From: Christensenellaceae bacterium
Lineage (GTDB): Bacteria; Bacillota; Clostridia; Christensenellales; Borkfalkiaceae
NCBI GenBank assembly: GCA_045645865.1
Contig: JAZRJP010000019.1
Coordinates: 9,651 to 73,650, forward strand
Direction: 5' to 3'
DNA length: 64,000 nucleotides
A program made the translations under genes and the position numbers. Of the stretch, positions 38,143 to 49,878 are shown in pieces (within the stretch, counting starts at the first letter, position 1; each line of letters opens with the position of its first letter). The notes beneath the pieces are model-generated. The model saw only the letters and a list, made by a program, of their open reading frames with translations, was not told the DNA's origin and searched no databases.

Positions 38143-38654
38143 GTTTTGTAAGTTATATTGTTCCCGTACTTTTATTAGTTTTACTTTTGTATGCAATTTT
38201 TAAAAAAGTTGACGTTTATTCAGCATTTATAGAAGGTGGCAAAAAGGCTATTAATTTAACCCTTTCTATCTTCCCTTGCATTGTTGCTATTTTTTTAATG
38301 CTTGAACTTTTTTCAATAAGCGGAATTGAAAATTTCGTTGTAAATTTCGTATCGCCTTTTTTTGAATTTTTTGGTGTACCAAAAGAAGTTATTAAACTAA
38401 TTTTGCTTAAACCTTTTTCAGGTAGCGGGAGTTTATCTGAATTAAATAATATCTTTGTAAAATATGGTTGTGATAGCAAAATATCACTAATAGCGTCGTC
38501 AATTTACGGTTCAAGTGAAACGATATTTTATATTTCGGCAATTTACTTTGTAAATTGTAAAAATAAAAAAGCGACGAAGGGATTAATAATTTCACTCGTC
38601 GCTTGTTTAATTTCTACCTTTTTAGGTACGCTATTTTGCAGACTATTTTATTAG
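38139..38654 (+). CDS. spmB: Spore maturation protein B
   Basis: 171 aa. The start overlaps the spmA stop (ATGA), and it contains LKPFSGSGS, as in the SpmB/nucleoside-recognition family. Confidence 0.65.
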   Translation: MSFVSYIVPVLLLVLLLYAIFKKVDVYSAFIEGGKKAINLTLSIFPCIVAIFLMLELFSISGIENFVVNFVSPFFEFFGVPKEVIKLILLKPFSGSGSLSELNNIFVKYGCDSKISLIASSIYGSSETIFYISAIYFVNCKNKKATKGLIISLVACLISTFLGTLFCRLFY

Positions 38655-40354
38655 TCGGCGTCAACGTCTAAATGCTCTAAAACCGACTTCTTTTCAACAA
38701 CTTTATTGTCGCCGTGTTTAACAAATAACATTGTTATAAACGAACCTATAACAAATATTGTTGCGTAAGGGAATAATACCGTCATAGTGCCTGATAAGTC
38801 CATAATAGCACCTGAAAGTACAGGAGTAATTATTTGTGCAGTCATACTTGCCGTATAATAAAAGCCCGTGTATTTACCTACGTTAGAGCCTTTTGCAAGT
38901 TCTACAACCATAGGGAAAGAGTTTACGTTGATAGTAGCCCAACCTATACCTGCTAATGCAAAGAAAATAGTTATAATAATAGGTGGAGTTTGACTTGTTA
39001 CAAACGTTGCTGCGAAAAATGCCGTTGCAAGCATAATTACACCTGCTAAAATTGACTTTTTCCTACCTATTTTACTTGCGATAATACCAACAGGTACGTA
39101 AGAAATAATTGCCGCCGCTTGTGCTATTAAAAGCGTTGTGTTATAGTCGGCGTGTAATACGGTTGAAGCGTATAACGAATATTTAGTAGTTATAGCGTTA
39201 TAACCTGTAAACCATAATGCAACAGATAATAAAATTAAAATTAATGAAGTTTTCTTTGGTTTTGAAAGTTCTTCTTCTTTTGTTTTAACGCCGTCTTTAT
39301 TATCTTGTTTTTCTTCTATTTCTTCTTCTTTTTTAATAATGCCTTCTTCTTCTAAACGGAGAGTTTCTTCTTCCATTTCTTTAACCCATTGTACTTCCCT
39401 AACCTTGAATAAGAAAAGTAAAAGGCCTAATACCATTAATGCACATACGGCAATAACGAATACGGTATATGACATTGTTTGATTTTGGACTTTACCCGTT
39501 CCAAACAATATACCCATTACAAGTACTAATATACCGCCTGCCGTACCCATAAGGTTTATTATTGCGTTTGCTTTTGACCTTAATGGTTTTATAGTTACGT
39601 CAGGCATAAGCGCAACGGCTGGCGAACGGAATGTTGACATTGATAATAAAGTTATTAATAAAACGACAACAAACATTACAAGTGGTAACGGATTTTGAAC
39701 GGTTACCGTCCACGCATACGCACTTTTGAACGGAGTTATAATATTACTATAAATATTTTTACTATCTTCAACGGATGCGTCGGTTAAAGTATATTCGCCG
39801 TCAACGTAAATATAAGTTTTATCGTATTGTTCCGCAAGGGCAATAAACGATTGTTTAACTTCTTCTTTTTCTACGTCGGTTAACGAAGCGTAACTTTTGT
39901 TTTTTGTTAACCTTGCAACGTATTCGTTTAAAGTGTATTCTTTATCTTGACCGTCGGTATATTCTTTGTTTGATATAGAAATTGTATCGCCTTGTTCCCA
40001 TACCATTTCAAAGAATTGACTTTCGCTTTGATTAGAATACACGTTGTTAAGTTGCATATTATCACAGAAAGTAAGTCCCATAAAGGCTATAATGGCCAAA
40101 ATTGTACCTACGAATATGTATGGTGTTCTTTTACCATATTTGGTGTTAGTTTTATCACTAATTGCACCAAAAACAGGTAATAATACTAACGCTAAAATGT
40201 TATCGAACGCCATAATAATTCCTGATAAAGTTTGGTTCAAACCAAACTTGTTTACAAGCATCATAGGCACGATACTATCGTATGCTTGCCAGAACGCTGT
40301 AATTAAGAAAAATGCAAAACCTACAAAAATAACTTTTTTATAATTTAATTTCAT
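38651..40354 (-). CDS. MFS transporter (GPH/SLC45-like) with a large extracytoplasmic insert and an acidic central loop
   Basis: 567 aa with 12 hydrophobic segments and the motif DKTNTKYGKRTPYI after TM2. The stop codon overlaps the convergent spmB stop (TTAG). Confidence 0.75.
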   Translation of the reverse strand: MKLNYKKVIFVGFAFFLITAFWQAYDSIVPMMLVNKFGLNQTLSGIIMAFDNILALVLLPVFGAISDKTNTKYGKRTPYIFVGTILAIIAFMGLTFCDNMQLNNVYSNQSESQFFEMVWEQGDTISISNKEYTDGQDKEYTLNEYVARLTKNKSYASLTDVEKEEVKQSFIALAEQYDKTYIYVDGEYTLTDASVEDSKNIYSNIITPFKSAYAWTVTVQNPLPLVMFVVVLLITLLSMSTFRSPAVALMPDVTIKPLRSKANAIINLMGTAGGILVLVMGILFGTGKVQNQTMSYTVFVIAVCALMVLGLLLFLFKVREVQWVKEMEEETLRLEEEGIIKKEEEIEEKQDNKDGVKTKEEELSKPKKTSLILILLSVALWFTGYNAITTKYSLYASTVLHADYNTTLLIAQAAAIISYVPVGIIASKIGRKKSILAGVIMLATAFFAATFVTSQTPPIIITIFFALAGIGWATINVNSFPMVVELAKGSNVGKYTGFYYTASMTAQIITPVLSGAIMDLSGTMTVLFPYATIFVIGSFITMLFVKHGDNKVVEKKSVLEHLDVDAD

Positions 40355-40381
40355 AATCCACCTTTTGTTTTAAAATTAATA

Positions 40382-41104
40382 TTACTCAGCGTAAACTAAA
40401 ACGTGACATCTTTCGTTTTCACACTCTTTAATTTCGCCTGCTAACAAATTATTGACTGCCGACTTAGCAAATACCGTTCTACATAAAGGACAATAATGCA
40501 TATTATCGTTATTTTCAACCTTACGTAATATAGGAAATTTTTTATCTTTTCTTCTGTTATCGTATTTTTTCATAAGTTCAGGAGAAATCTTTTCCCTAAC
40601 AGCGTCAAGTTGTGCCTTTATTTTATCCATATCAACTTTCTTTTCGTCTTTCAATTTTTTGTATAAAGGTTCAAATTCTTCGTATTGTTCTTTCATTTTC
40701 TTTTGTTTATTGTAAAGAACAACGAATTCTTTATTAAGTTCTTCCATTTCTTTTTTACATTTAGCAAGTTCGTTTTCAAGCGTTGTTACGTAAGCGTACG
40801 TTTCGTCGAACTTCTTTTTTAAAGCAACAAGTTCGTCTTCACTTGTTGATTTTTCAGCGTTTTTAGCATACGCTTCTGCTTGTGTTTTAGAATTTTCAAA
40901 TTCTTTTAAAATAGAATTGTACTTGTTTAAAAGTTTTTCTGCTTTTTCGTTAATTGTTGCTAACGAATCTTTTACAGTTTTTAAAAACTTTACTGCCGTT
41001 AAGTATTTTACGGCCGTTTCGCTTTTAGACACTTCTTCTTCAATTGCGATTAAGTTTTTATCAATTTCTTGATATTCTAAAAGAAATTTAACATTATCGT
41101 TCAT
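40382..41104 (-). CDS. Coiled-coil protein with a C-terminal C4 zinc ribbon (COG1579-like)
   Basis: 240 aa with a long coiled coil followed by CPLC...CENERC. It is downstream of nif3, as in many Firmicutes. Confidence 0.7.
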   Translation of the reverse strand: MNDNVKFLLEYQEIDKNLIAIEEEVSKSETAVKYLTAVKFLKTVKDSLATINEKAEKLLNKYNSILKEFENSKTQAEAYAKNAEKSTSEDELVALKKKFDETYAYVTTLENELAKCKKEMEELNKEFVVLYNKQKKMKEQYEEFEPLYKKLKDEKKVDMDKIKAQLDAVREKISPELMKKYDNRRKDKKFPILRKVENNDNMHYCPLCRTVFAKSAVNNLLAGEIKECENERCHVLVYAE

Positions 41105-41119
41105 AAAAAATTCTCCTTA

Positions 41120-41887
41120 TTAAAGCAAATACTCGTCGTTATTTAAGTAAACTTGTACTTGCGTTTTTGCTTTTATTTTGTTATAAAATTGTTCGAATCC
41201 ATAAAATTCACTCGCATAGTGAGTTAAACTAATGACGCTTACGTTTAAATTATCACAAGCAATTAAAACGTTATGTTTTATATCAGAAGAGATTACAAGG
41301 TCAACGTCGTTTAATAACTTTAACTCGTTTTCGCTAAGACCTGAGCCACAAAAAGTAGCCACCTTTAAATCAGTCTTATCTTGTTTTTTATAGACTAAAA
41401 CTCTTTGAGTTTTAAAATTTTGTTTAATAGTATTTGCAATTTGTTCAATGCTTGTATTTTTTAACGTAAACACTCTACCATATCCACTATCTAAAATAGG
41501 ATATACTATTTCACAATCAGTAGCACCTATATTTTTTGCAAAATAATAGTCAATACCATGAACGGCACTATCTAAATTTAAGTGCATTGAAATTATTGCT
41601 ATTTTATTTTTTGTAGCGTATAAAAGTGCGTTTGAAAAATCACTAATTTCGCTTATTGGTTTATAAATTGCCGGATGGTGTGTAACTATTAAGTTAGCAC
41701 CCTTTTCTAATGCTAAATCAACGGCGTTTTTTGTTAAATCAAGTGTAAAAACAACGCCACTGATATCGTCAGTTGTACCAACTATTATTCCACTATTATC
41801 GTAAGCACCATATTTAGAACAAAATATGTTTGAATATTCAAGTGGTGCATATTCTTCAAGCAATTTTAAAAAATCGTTAATTTTCAT
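41120..41887 (-). CDS. Nif3-like dinuclear metal centre protein (GTP cyclohydrolase 1 type 2 homologue)
   Basis: 255 aa with LIVTHHP and ISMHLNLD motifs. It is downstream of trmK. Confidence 0.85.
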   Translation of the reverse strand: MKINDFLKLLEEYAPLEYSNIFCSKYGAYDNSGIIVGTTDDISGVVFTLDLTKNAVDLALEKGANLIVTHHPAIYKPISEISDFSNALLYATKNKIAIISMHLNLDSAVHGIDYYFAKNIGATDCEIVYPILDSGYGRVFTLKNTSIEQIANTIKQNFKTQRVLVYKKQDKTDLKVATFCGSGLSENELKLLNDVDLVISSDIKHNVLIACDNLNVSVISLTHYASEFYGFEQFYNKIKAKTQVQVYLNNDEYLL

Positions 41888-42515
41888 TTAATATTCCTTT
41901 AATTTGTGCTAATTTTTGTTTTAAAAACTCATCGTTAGCACCATTATCTATTGCCGTTTGATAATAATTTTTGTAAAAATTAAGTTTTTTGATAAAATCA
42001 GAACTCTTTTCTATTAAGTTATCCCTACCGAACGCATATTCTAATTCAGTATAACTATCGCTTCCCCTTTCACAAGCAATTAAGTCGTAAAACTTGCCGT
42101 CGAAAATAGTATAATCTTTTACAATTTTATACCCTTTTTCGTGCAAGAATTTACGCACTTTATCAACGTTTTTCATAGGGTTTAAAATTAACCTTTCAAA
42201 AATAAAATTAGTTGCTTGTAAAATTTTAATAATCTCTTCACCACCCATACCTGCTATTACGACTTGGTTGGGATTTATATTATAATTATTAAAACCATCA
42301 CTTACTATGCTAACAACCTTGTCGTTGTAGTCTTTAAGTAAAGTTTCGGCTTTTTTTAGGCTTTTTTTAGAAACGTCTGAAATTATAACTTTATTTGCCT
42401 TTTGGTTTTGTAACACTAATTGACTTATAAAACCGTGGTCGCAACCTACGTCGGCAAAAACGTTACAATTAGTTATTAAACTGTAAATTTCGTTTAAACG
42501 TTTAGTCATAATCAA
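41877..42515 (-). CDS. trmK: tRNA (adenine22-N1)-methyltransferase
   Basis: 212 aa with [12 protein letters not shown] and AGMGGEEI motifs. It is in the sigA-trmK-nif3 context. Confidence 0.8.
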   Translation of the reverse strand: MIMTKRLNEIYSLITNCNVFADVGCDHGFISQLVLQNQKANKVIISDVSKKSLKKAETLLKDYNDKVVSIVSDGFNNYNINPNQVVIAGMGGEEIIKILQATNFIFERLILNPMKNVDKVRKFLHEKGYKIVKDYTIFDGKFYDLIACERGSDSYTELEYAFGRDNLIEKSSDFIKKLNFYKNYYQTAIDNGANDEFLKQKLAQIKGILNEN

Positions 42516-43570
42516 GTTGACTCTAAATATTCTTTAAGGCGTTTTGACCTTGAAGGGTGCCTTAATTTTCTTAACGCCTTGGCTTCAATTTGACGAATTC
42601 TTTCACGTGTTACGTTAAATTCACGGCCTACTTCTTCTAACGTTCTTGGTCTTGAATCGTCAATACCATAACGAAGCCTAATAACCTTTTCTTCTCTTGG
42701 TGTTAAAGTATCTAATACTGTTAAAAGTTGCTTCTTTAACTTTTCTTGTGCAACGGCGTCGTCAGGTGATTTACCTACTTCGTCTTTAATAAAATCGCCA
42801 AGTTTACTATCGTCTTCTTCACCGATAGGAGTTTCTAATGAAACAGGGTCAAGAGCAATTTTTTGAATTTCACGCACTTTGGCAATATCTATGCCCATTT
42901 CCTTAGAAATTTCTTCAAGTGTTGGTTCACGACCTAAATCTTGCATACATTGACGAGAAATTCGTTTGTATCTATTAATAGTTTCAACCATATGAACAGG
43001 AATTCTTATTGTTCTTGCTTGGTCGGCAATTGCCCTTGTTATTGCTTGACGAATCCACCAAGTAGCGTAAGTTGAAAACTTATAACCTTTTGTATAATCA
43101 AATTTATCAACGGCTTTCATAAGACCTAAGTTACCTTCTTGAATTAAGTCTAAAAGGTGCATACCCCTACCAACGTGCCTTTTTGCTATTGATACAACAA
43201 GCCTTAAATTTGCCTCAGATAAACGTCTTTTAGCCTTTTCGTCGCCTTCCATCATTTTTTTAGCAAGTTCAACTTCTTCGTCAGTTGATAAAAGTGCTAT
43301 TCTACCGATATCTTTAAGATAAATTTTTACAGGGTCGTCGATTGCAACGCTATCAATTTCGTCGTAAATATCTTTACTTTCAACGTAAGAATCTACGATT
43401 TTAATGCCTGCGTTTTCAATTTCTTTAAACAATAATTCGTATTGTTCAGGCGTTAAGTCAATCTTTTCGATTTTGTCGTTTAAATCGTCGGTTGTGATTG
43501 AACCTTTTTTGCCGTTTTCAGTTATTATAGCATTAATTAAATCTGTTAATAATTGTTCCGAAACACTCAT
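42512..43570 (-). CDS. rpoD: Primary RNA polymerase sigma factor (sigma-70/SigA)
   Basis: 352 aa with region 2.4 [13 protein letters not shown] and regions 3 and 4.2 ([30 protein letters not shown]). It is downstream of dnaG. Confidence 0.95.
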   Translation of the reverse strand: MSVSEQLLTDLINAIITENGKKGSITTDDLNDKIEKIDLTPEQYELLFKEIENAGIKIVDSYVESKDIYDEIDSVAIDDPVKIYLKDIGRIALLSTDEEVELAKKMMEGDEKAKRRLSEANLRLVVSIAKRHVGRGMHLLDLIQEGNLGLMKAVDKFDYTKGYKFSTYATWWIRQAITRAIADQARTIRIPVHMVETINRYKRISRQCMQDLGREPTLEEISKEMGIDIAKVREIQKIALDPVSLETPIGEEDDSKLGDFIKDEVGKSPDDAVAQEKLKKQLLTVLDTLTPREEKVIRLRYGIDDSRPRTLEEVGREFNVTRERIRQIEAKALRKLRHPSRSKRLKEYLEST

Positions 43571-43582
43571 TTTTATCCTCCG

Positions 43583-45358
43583 TTAAAGATTAATTAATTT
43601 TTGTGTTAATTTGTTAATTGTGTTGCCTATTTCGTTTTTTCTATCTAAATTTATTTCGTTTTGATATTCTAAATTTAGTTTTTTGATTTCGTTATTGATA
43701 TTGTGCTTTTTAAGAGATATTACACAGCCGTTATAATACTTTTCTTCAACGGGAGTATCAAAAATATTATCCCCACTTGATAAAATAGCCGTCAATTCGT
43801 TAGCACCTTCTTCCCCTACTAATGAGATTAAGTTTTTAACGTCAAAATCTTCATTAAATAAAATGTGGTTGTAAATTGTTTCCCTTACCGCACTATTAAA
43901 GTAAATTTCGTCGTCTAATTTTGCGTACGGCTTTTTAAAGATAAGGGCTGAAAGTATAAACCTTTCAGTTTTACTTATTGCACTATTATCGTTAAAGTTT
44001 ACGTTAATTTCATCGTCTTTTGCTACCGAAGAAGTTACCGTAACAGTGCCTTTGTCTAAATCTTGTTTTAACGACTGATAACTTATGCCCGTTAAATCTC
44101 GCACTTTTTTAAGCAATTCTTCTTGCATAAACGCATCGTTTAAATTGCGTATTAAGTCTAACGCTTGCGAAACGTATTTACGCTTGTCCGAAACGTCTTT
44201 TAAATTTTTATCACTTGCTAAAACGTGTAATTTATAGTCGATTAAAGGCATTGCTTGTTCAACAAGTTGTAAATAGTAATTTACGCCTTTTTCTTTAACG
44301 ACTTCGTCTGGGTCCATTTTGTTAGGTAACGATAATACCTTAACTTCAAAACCTTCGTCAGCAAAAATATCTAAACTTCTTAAAGTTGCCGTTTGACCTG
44401 CAAAGTCGCCGTCGTAACTTACAACAACTTTACTTACGTATCTTTTTAAAAGCCTTGCTTGTTCTAACGTTAATTGCGTTCCCATTGAAGCAACTACGTT
44501 TTTAATACCTGCTTGCCAAAGAGCAATTACGTCCATATAGCCTTCAACCATAATTACGTAATCAACCTTTTCTTCTTTTACTAATTTATGTAATTTATTG
44601 ACGTTAAAAATTATACGCCTTTTATTAAAAATTTGAGTATCGCCCGTGTTTTTGTATTTTGCAAAAGACGGTTTTTTTTCAATAACCCTACCACCAAAAG
44701 CAACAACTTTATTCATATTGTTGATTATAGGAACGATTAACCTTTGATATTGAAAGTCGATAACTTGTCCCTTTTTAGAAAGTTGACATACGCCCGCATC
44801 TAACATTTCTTTATCGGTAAAACCTAAACTTTTTAAGTGGTTTGGCAAAGAATTAAAGTCAAGTGATGCACCCATACCAAATGCAGTTATAGTTTTTGCA
44901 TCGAAACCTCTATTAAAAAGATAATTTCTATACGCTTCGGCTTGTTCTGAACGTAAATTATTTACGTAAAAATGTGCCGTTGCGTTTAATACCGATGACA
45001 ACCTTTCCTTTTCATTTTTCTTTTTTAACACTTCTTTTTCGTCGTAATCATCGCCTACTGGGACAGGAATTTTATACATTTCAGCAAGGCGGGTTACGGC
45101 TTCGTAAAAAGTTAAATTTTCTTCTTCTTGAATAAATTTAATAACGTCACCCGATTTCTTGCAACCGAAACAATGGTAAAATTGCCCTGGTTCGTTCACA
45201 CAAAAAGACGGCGTTTTTTCAACGTGGCCTGGGAGTGGACAACACGCCCAATAATTGTGTGGACCATTACGTTTTAACGAACAATACCTACCTACAACGT
45301 CAACTATATTAATTTTTGATTTTAATTCGCTAATAAATTTAGCGTCAATACTTGACAT
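43583..45358 (-). CDS. dnaG: DNA primase
   Basis: 591 aa with a zinc-binding CCPLPGHVEKTPSF...CFGC and a Toprim domain (MVEGYMDVI, YDGDFAG). Confidence 0.92.
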   Translation of the reverse strand: MSSIDAKFISELKSKINIVDVVGRYCSLKRNGPHNYWACCPLPGHVEKTPSFCVNEPGQFYHCFGCKKSGDVIKFIQEEENLTFYEAVTRLAEMYKIPVPVGDDYDEKEVLKKKNEKERLSSVLNATAHFYVNNLRSEQAEAYRNYLFNRGFDAKTITAFGMGASLDFNSLPNHLKSLGFTDKEMLDAGVCQLSKKGQVIDFQYQRLIVPIINNMNKVVAFGGRVIEKKPSFAKYKNTGDTQIFNKRRIIFNVNKLHKLVKEEKVDYVIMVEGYMDVIALWQAGIKNVVASMGTQLTLEQARLLKRYVSKVVVSYDGDFAGQTATLRSLDIFADEGFEVKVLSLPNKMDPDEVVKEKGVNYYLQLVEQAMPLIDYKLHVLASDKNLKDVSDKRKYVSQALDLIRNLNDAFMQEELLKKVRDLTGISYQSLKQDLDKGTVTVTSSVAKDDEINVNFNDNSAISKTERFILSALIFKKPYAKLDDEIYFNSAVRETIYNHILFNEDFDVKNLISLVGEEGANELTAILSSGDNIFDTPVEEKYYNGCVISLKKHNINNEIKKLNLEYQNEINLDRKNEIGNTINKLTQKLINL

Positions 45359-45370
45359 ATAAACTTCCTA

Positions 45371-46366
45371 TTAAAAATTATCTGGAATAAAAATTTGTTT
45401 AAAAACGTTTGTAGCGTATCTATCAGTCATTCCTGAAATATAATCGCATACAACAGTTTCTGTATCATAATTATCTAATAATTTAACGTACATTTTTGGC
45501 AATTTGCTTACGTTATTCACAAAATAATCAAATAACGCAGAAAGCATTTTAAACGCCTTTTCTTCTTCTTGCAACGCCTTTTTTGTTAAATATACGTTAT
45601 CGAACATAAACGTTCTTAATTCAGTTATGGCATTGTTTACGTCACTTGTTAAAGTAATTGTATCTTTTTGATAACTTGCCGTACACACCGAACTAATAAG
45701 CGTGTTTATTCTATCCTTAGTGTTATTACCTAAAACGCTTTTTACGTTTGACGGAATATCGTTTTCGGTAATAATGCCTGCCCTTATTGCATCTTCTACG
45801 TCGTGATTTAAATATGCTATTCTATCGGCAAGCGATACTACTTGACCTTCTAACGTGGCTGGTTTTAACGACATTTTGTGGTTCAAAATACCATCTCTCA
45901 CTTCAAAGGTTAAATTAAGTCCTTTTAAATCGTTTTCAATAACGTCAACAACCCTTAAAGATTGTTCGTTATGTTTAAAGCCTTTTTTTGCTAACTTATC
46001 TAAAACTCTTTCGCCTGCGTGACCAAAAGGAGTATGCCCTAAATCGTGGCCTAAACTTATGGCTTCGGTTAAATCTTCATTTAAGTCTAAACACCTTGCT
46101 ATTGAACGAGCAACTTGCGATACGCCTAACGTATGAGTCAACCTTGTCATATAATGGTCGCCCTCTGGTGAGAAAAACACTTGCGTTTTATTTTTTAACC
46201 TAACGAAAGCCTTTGAGTACAAAATTCTATCTCTATCACGTTGAAATTCCGTTCTCATAGAACACGGCTCTTCTTCACGCTGTCTTCCCTTAGTGTTTTT
46301 TGATTTAGTTGCGAACAAAGATAAAAATTTATCTTCTTTATCAAATAAATTTTGCTTTATTGACAT
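45371..46366 (-). CDS. dGTP triphosphohydrolase-like HD-domain protein
   Basis: RLTHTLGVSQVAR...GHDLGHTPFGH is the HD motif. I moved the start from the GTG at 46387 to Met8 (MSIKQN), which is preceded by AAGGGG. Confidence 0.85.
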   Translation of the reverse strand: MSIKQNLFDKEDKFLSLFATKSKNTKGRQREEEPCSMRTEFQRDRDRILYSKAFVRLKNKTQVFFSPEGDHYMTRLTHTLGVSQVARSIARCLDLNEDLTEAISLGHDLGHTPFGHAGERVLDKLAKKGFKHNEQSLRVVDVIENDLKGLNLTFEVRDGILNHKMSLKPATLEGQVVSLADRIAYLNHDVEDAIRAGIITENDIPSNVKSVLGNNTKDRINTLISSVCTASYQKDTITLTSDVNNAITELRTFMFDNVYLTKKALQEEEKAFKMLSALFDYFVNNVSKLPKMYVKLLDNYDTETVVCDYISGMTDRYATNVFKQIFIPDNF

Positions 46367-46437
46367 TATTGCCCCTTTACCTTTCACCTAATTATACTGA
46401 TATTTTTTGCAAAATCCTTTATTTTTTTAAATTTTTT

Positions 46438-47145
46438 TTAGATTTTGCCAACACCTATTTTATAAGTCTTTCCGTTAAGAGTTGCAACGTCTTTTTGACT
46501 TATTAAATATAACCTTTTAGCAACGTCGTTTGCCGTGTAAATTTTAGAAAGTTTACACTCTTTTACAAACTCTAATTTTTCGTCGTTAGAAAGGTGACTA
46601 TTCATTTGAGTATCAATTAACCCTAAAACAACTTGACATACTGCAATTTTTGAAAAACAAAGTTCTTGGCTTATGGCACGGGTAAAACCACTTACGGCAC
46701 ATTTTGTAGCCGTATAAAGTGCTTCACAACTACCACCTTTTAAAGAAAATATTGAAGAAACGTTTATTATTTTACCTACGCTATTAATCATTTTTTTAAC
46801 GTATTCTTTACTCGTATTATAAACGCCTTTTACGTTTACGTTAAATAACCTTTCAAAATCTTCAACGCTGGTGTCGATAAAAAGTTTTTGTTTTAACGAA
46901 ATTCCCGCATTGTTTATAAGTAAATCAATTTTGCCATACTTTCTAAAAACGTCTTCAAACATTTGTTGTACGGCAAAATGGTCTGAAACGTCTGCTTTGT
47001 ACGTTTCAAACCCTGCGTTTTCCATTTCTTTTGCAATTTGACAACTATTAGCATAGTTTACTATTACGTCGTGTCCTTTACCTTTAAAGTATTGACAAAT
47101 AGCGTATCCTACGCCACGTGTTCCACCTGTAACTAATACTACCAT
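46438..47145 (-). CDS. SDR family oxidoreductase (3-oxoacyl-ACP reductase-like)
   Basis: 235 aa with TGGTRGVG, NNAG and YTATK (YxxxK) motifs. Confidence 0.8.
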   Translation of the reverse strand: MVVLVTGGTRGVGYAICQYFKGKGHDVIVNYANSCQIAKEMENAGFETYKADVSDHFAVQQMFEDVFRKYGKIDLLINNAGISLKQKLFIDTSVEDFERLFNVNVKGVYNTSKEYVKKMINSVGKIINVSSIFSLKGGSCEALYTATKCAVSGFTRAISQELCFSKIAVCQVVLGLIDTQMNSHLSNDEKLEFVKECKLSKIYTANDVAKRLYLISQKDVATLNGKTYKIGVGKI

Positions 47146-47186
47146 AAATACAAAAAGCCCAACTTAATTTGTTGGGCCAAAAGTTT

Positions 47187-47747
47187 TTACTTCTTAACTC
47201 TTTCCATATATTCGCCTGAACGAGTATCTACACGGATAACGTCACCTTCGTTTACGAACATAGGCACTTGCATACTAATTCCTGTTTCAAGTTTAACAAT
47301 TTTAGTTGCGTTTGTTGCCGTATTGCCTGCAACGCTTGGTTCTGCTTCTGTAACAAGTAATTCAACGAAGTTTTCACATTCTACTGAGAATGCTTTGCCC
47401 TTATAAAATTTAACTGTAACAGGGTCGTTTTCTTTAATGTATCTTAAAGCATCTTCAACTTGTTCGTAGTTAAGAATGTGTTCTTCAAAATCTTCGTCAA
47501 AGAAGTGATAAAGTTCACCGTCACAATAACTATAAGTCATTTTCTTTGTTTCGATTACTGCGTTTTCAAACTTTTCAGTTGGGTTGAAAGTAAATTGTAA
47601 TACTTTACCGTCCATAACGTTTTTTAACGTTGTTCTTACAAAGGCTGAGCCTTTACCTGGTTTTACGTGTAAAAAGTCGATTACTGTATAAACTTTACCT
47701 TCATACTCAATTGTAACACCCTTTCTAATATCGCCTGCTAATACCAT
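47187..47747 (-). CDS. efp: Elongation factor P
   Basis: 186 aa with [17 protein letters not shown] (the modified-Lys loop) and three OB/KOW-like domains. Confidence 0.95.
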   Translation of the reverse strand: MVLAGDIRKGVTIEYEGKVYTVIDFLHVKPGKGSAFVRTTLKNVMDGKVLQFTFNPTEKFENAVIETKKMTYSYCDGELYHFFDEDFEEHILNYEQVEDALRYIKENDPVTVKFYKGKAFSVECENFVELLVTEAEPSVAGNTATNATKIVKLETGISMQVPMFVNEGDVIRVDTRSGEYMERVKK

Positions 47748-47790
47748 AAAAATATTTCTCCTTAAATTGTTTAAAATGTTATATCTACGC

Positions 47791-48801
47791 TTAAAGCGTC
47801 ATTAATTTTTTATCGTCTGTCATAAACGACTTGCACTTGTCGTCTAAATAATAGGTATCTTCAATTCTAATACCAAATGAATTTTCCAAATAAATGCCCG
47901 GCTCAATAGTAAAAACGTTGCCGTTTTGCAAAACGTCTTGACTTTTGTACGAAAGCCTTGGCGATTCGTGAACTTTTACACCTACGCCGTGCCCTAAGCC
48001 GTGAGTGAAAAATTCACCGTATCCATTACTTTCGATAACAGACCTTGAAAACCCGTCCGCCACTTTACAAGGTGTGCCGTTAGTTATATTTTTAACTGCG
48101 TTTTCGTGTGCGTTTAATACTACGTTGTAAACTTTGACGTATTCGCTTGACGGAGTTCCAAAATAAAAAGAACGTGTCATATCAGAAGCGTAACCATTAA
48201 CTACACAACCGAAATCCATTAAGATAGGCGTGTTTGCTTTTAAAGGTACGTTTGACGTTTTGTAGTGTGGAATTGCTCCACCCTTGCCAAAGGCTACGAT
48301 TGTATCAAACGACGTGTTTGATGCACCGTTTTTCTTAAAATAATATTCTAAAATTGCTGAAAGTTCAAGTTCGGTTATGCCTTCTTTTATATGCTTAATT
48401 GCTTGGTAAAACGATTTTTGACAAACCTTGCAACTATTACTAATAAATTCAATTTCTTTTGCCGTCTTTATTTGAGATAATTTAGAATACTGCTCGTCAT
48501 ACTTATAAATTGTAAAGCCGTTTTCCGTAAGCATTGTTGATAAATTGACGGTTGTATATTCGTAAATTAAGCCAACCGATTTTACGTTTTTACTTTTTAA
48601 AAAGTCTAACAACTGAACGTCACTTGTAAGTAAAATTTTAGTGTAGTTCGACGACGGAGAGATAGCGTCGTAATAACGCTTGTCTATAAAAACGTATTTT
48701 TGATTATCTATAATTACCAAATATCCGTCATCATAACGGCAAGACGTATAATAAAATATAACGTCGCTATCGGTAATGATTACACAATTATTAGTTTGCA
48801 T
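47791..48801 (-). CDS. M24 family Xaa-Pro aminopeptidase
   Basis: 336 aa with metal ligands in [23 protein letters not shown] and EPGIY...IRIED. It is adjacent to efp, as is common. Confidence 0.85.
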   Translation of the reverse strand: MQTNNCVIITDSDVIFYYTSCRYDDGYLVIIDNQKYVFIDKRYYDAISPSSNYTKILLTSDVQLLDFLKSKNVKSVGLIYEYTTVNLSTMLTENGFTIYKYDEQYSKLSQIKTAKEIEFISNSCKVCQKSFYQAIKHIKEGITELELSAILEYYFKKNGASNTSFDTIVAFGKGGAIPHYKTSNVPLKANTPILMDFGCVVNGYASDMTRSFYFGTPSSEYVKVYNVVLNAHENAVKNITNGTPCKVADGFSRSVIESNGYGEFFTHGLGHGVGVKVHESPRLSYKSQDVLQNGNVFTIEPGIYLENSFGIRIEDTYYLDDKCKSFMTDDKKLMTL

Positions 48802-49020
48802 TTATTTACCTTAACTAAGCCGACTAATAGCCTGCTATCAAGCAAATTTTAAGCCATTATATTACTTATGTTATAATAATAACATATTATATTAGTTTAG
48901 TCAACAATTATAAGTTATTTATTAAGCCTATTTAATTAATTTCGACAAAAAAAGTTTTTAATTTAAACTTTTTAACAAAATTTTACAAATAAAAAAATCC
49001 TTGCTTTGCAAGGATATATT

Positions 49021-49878
49021 TTATCTTAAAGAATTGTAAAGTTCTTTCATTTTTTTTGCGTCAACGTCTTGCGTGCCTGCACTTTCGCTTATAACGTAAG
49101 GTTCAGCACCCGTTTTTATTACTGCCGAAATGAAAAGTTCAGGGCTTGGTCCATACTCGTTATCTTCAAAAGTTAAGTGCTTAACTTCACCCTTTTGACC
49201 ATACATAATTTTTGAAAAATGCACGTGCATATGTTTAAGTTTTTCTTCGCCTAAAACGTGCTTTATAACGTCAAATTCATAAATGAAATCTTCAAGCGTT
49301 TTTAAACCGCCTAACTTTCTACAATTTACGTGTCCAAAGTCAATGCAAGGATAGAAAAACGGCGCTATTGTGCAAAATTTTGCAATTTCTTCGGTAGTGC
49401 CTATTTGAGCAAATTTCCCCATTGTTTCGGGGCAAATTATCATATCGTCAAAGCCGTTTTCTACGATTTTATCGGCTAAAATTTCAAGCCTTTTATGAGT
49501 TAAATTTACGGCTTCTTCTCTACTTAATTTACCTTGTGACGAAGGGTGAAAAACTACCCTTTTTGCGCCCATTATTTTGCCCATTTTGCAAGAGTCTAAA
49601 AGGTATTTATAAGACTTTTCAGCCATATCGTCGTCGGGGTTCGCAAAGTTGATAAAGTACGGAGCGTGCACGCTAATTTCAACGTCATTTTCGTCGAAAG
49701 CCTTTCTAATTTTTTCGGCTTTTTGCGTAGAGAGATTTACTCCCCTGCCAAACGAATATTCAAATGCGTCAAGCCCCATTTCCTTAACCCAAACTGCCGA
49801 TTTTTCCGTATCTGAAAAGCCTGCTAATGAAAATGCTAAACTATTGCCACTTGGCCCAAATTTTATCATTTTAACCAC
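49021..49878 (-). CDS. nfo: Endonuclease IV family TIM-barrel protein (AP endonuclease 2)
   Basis: 285 aa with HAPYFINFA, VVFHP, PETMG, IDFGH and HVHFS metal-ligand blocks. Confidence 0.75.
   Translation of the reverse strand: MVKMIKFGPSGNSLAFSLAGFSDTEKSAVWVKEMGLDAFEYSFGRGVNLSTQKAEKIRKAFDENDVEISVHAPYFINFANPDDDMAEKSYKYLLDSCKMGKIMGAKRVVFHPSSQGKLSREEAVNLTHKRLEILADKIVENGFDDMIICPETMGKFAQIGTTEEIAKFCTIAPFFYPCIDFGHVNCRKLGGLKTLEDFIYEFDVIKHVLGEEKLKHMHVHFSKIMYGQKGEVKHLTFEDNEYGPSPELFISAVIKTGAEPYVISESAGTQDVDAKKMKELYNSLR

Noticed and set aside
38651-38654. Overlapping stop codons (TTAG) of convergent spmB and the MFS gene, with no terminator between them
   Set aside because: It is real in the sequence but a common compaction feature, and I have no evidence of regulatory significance.
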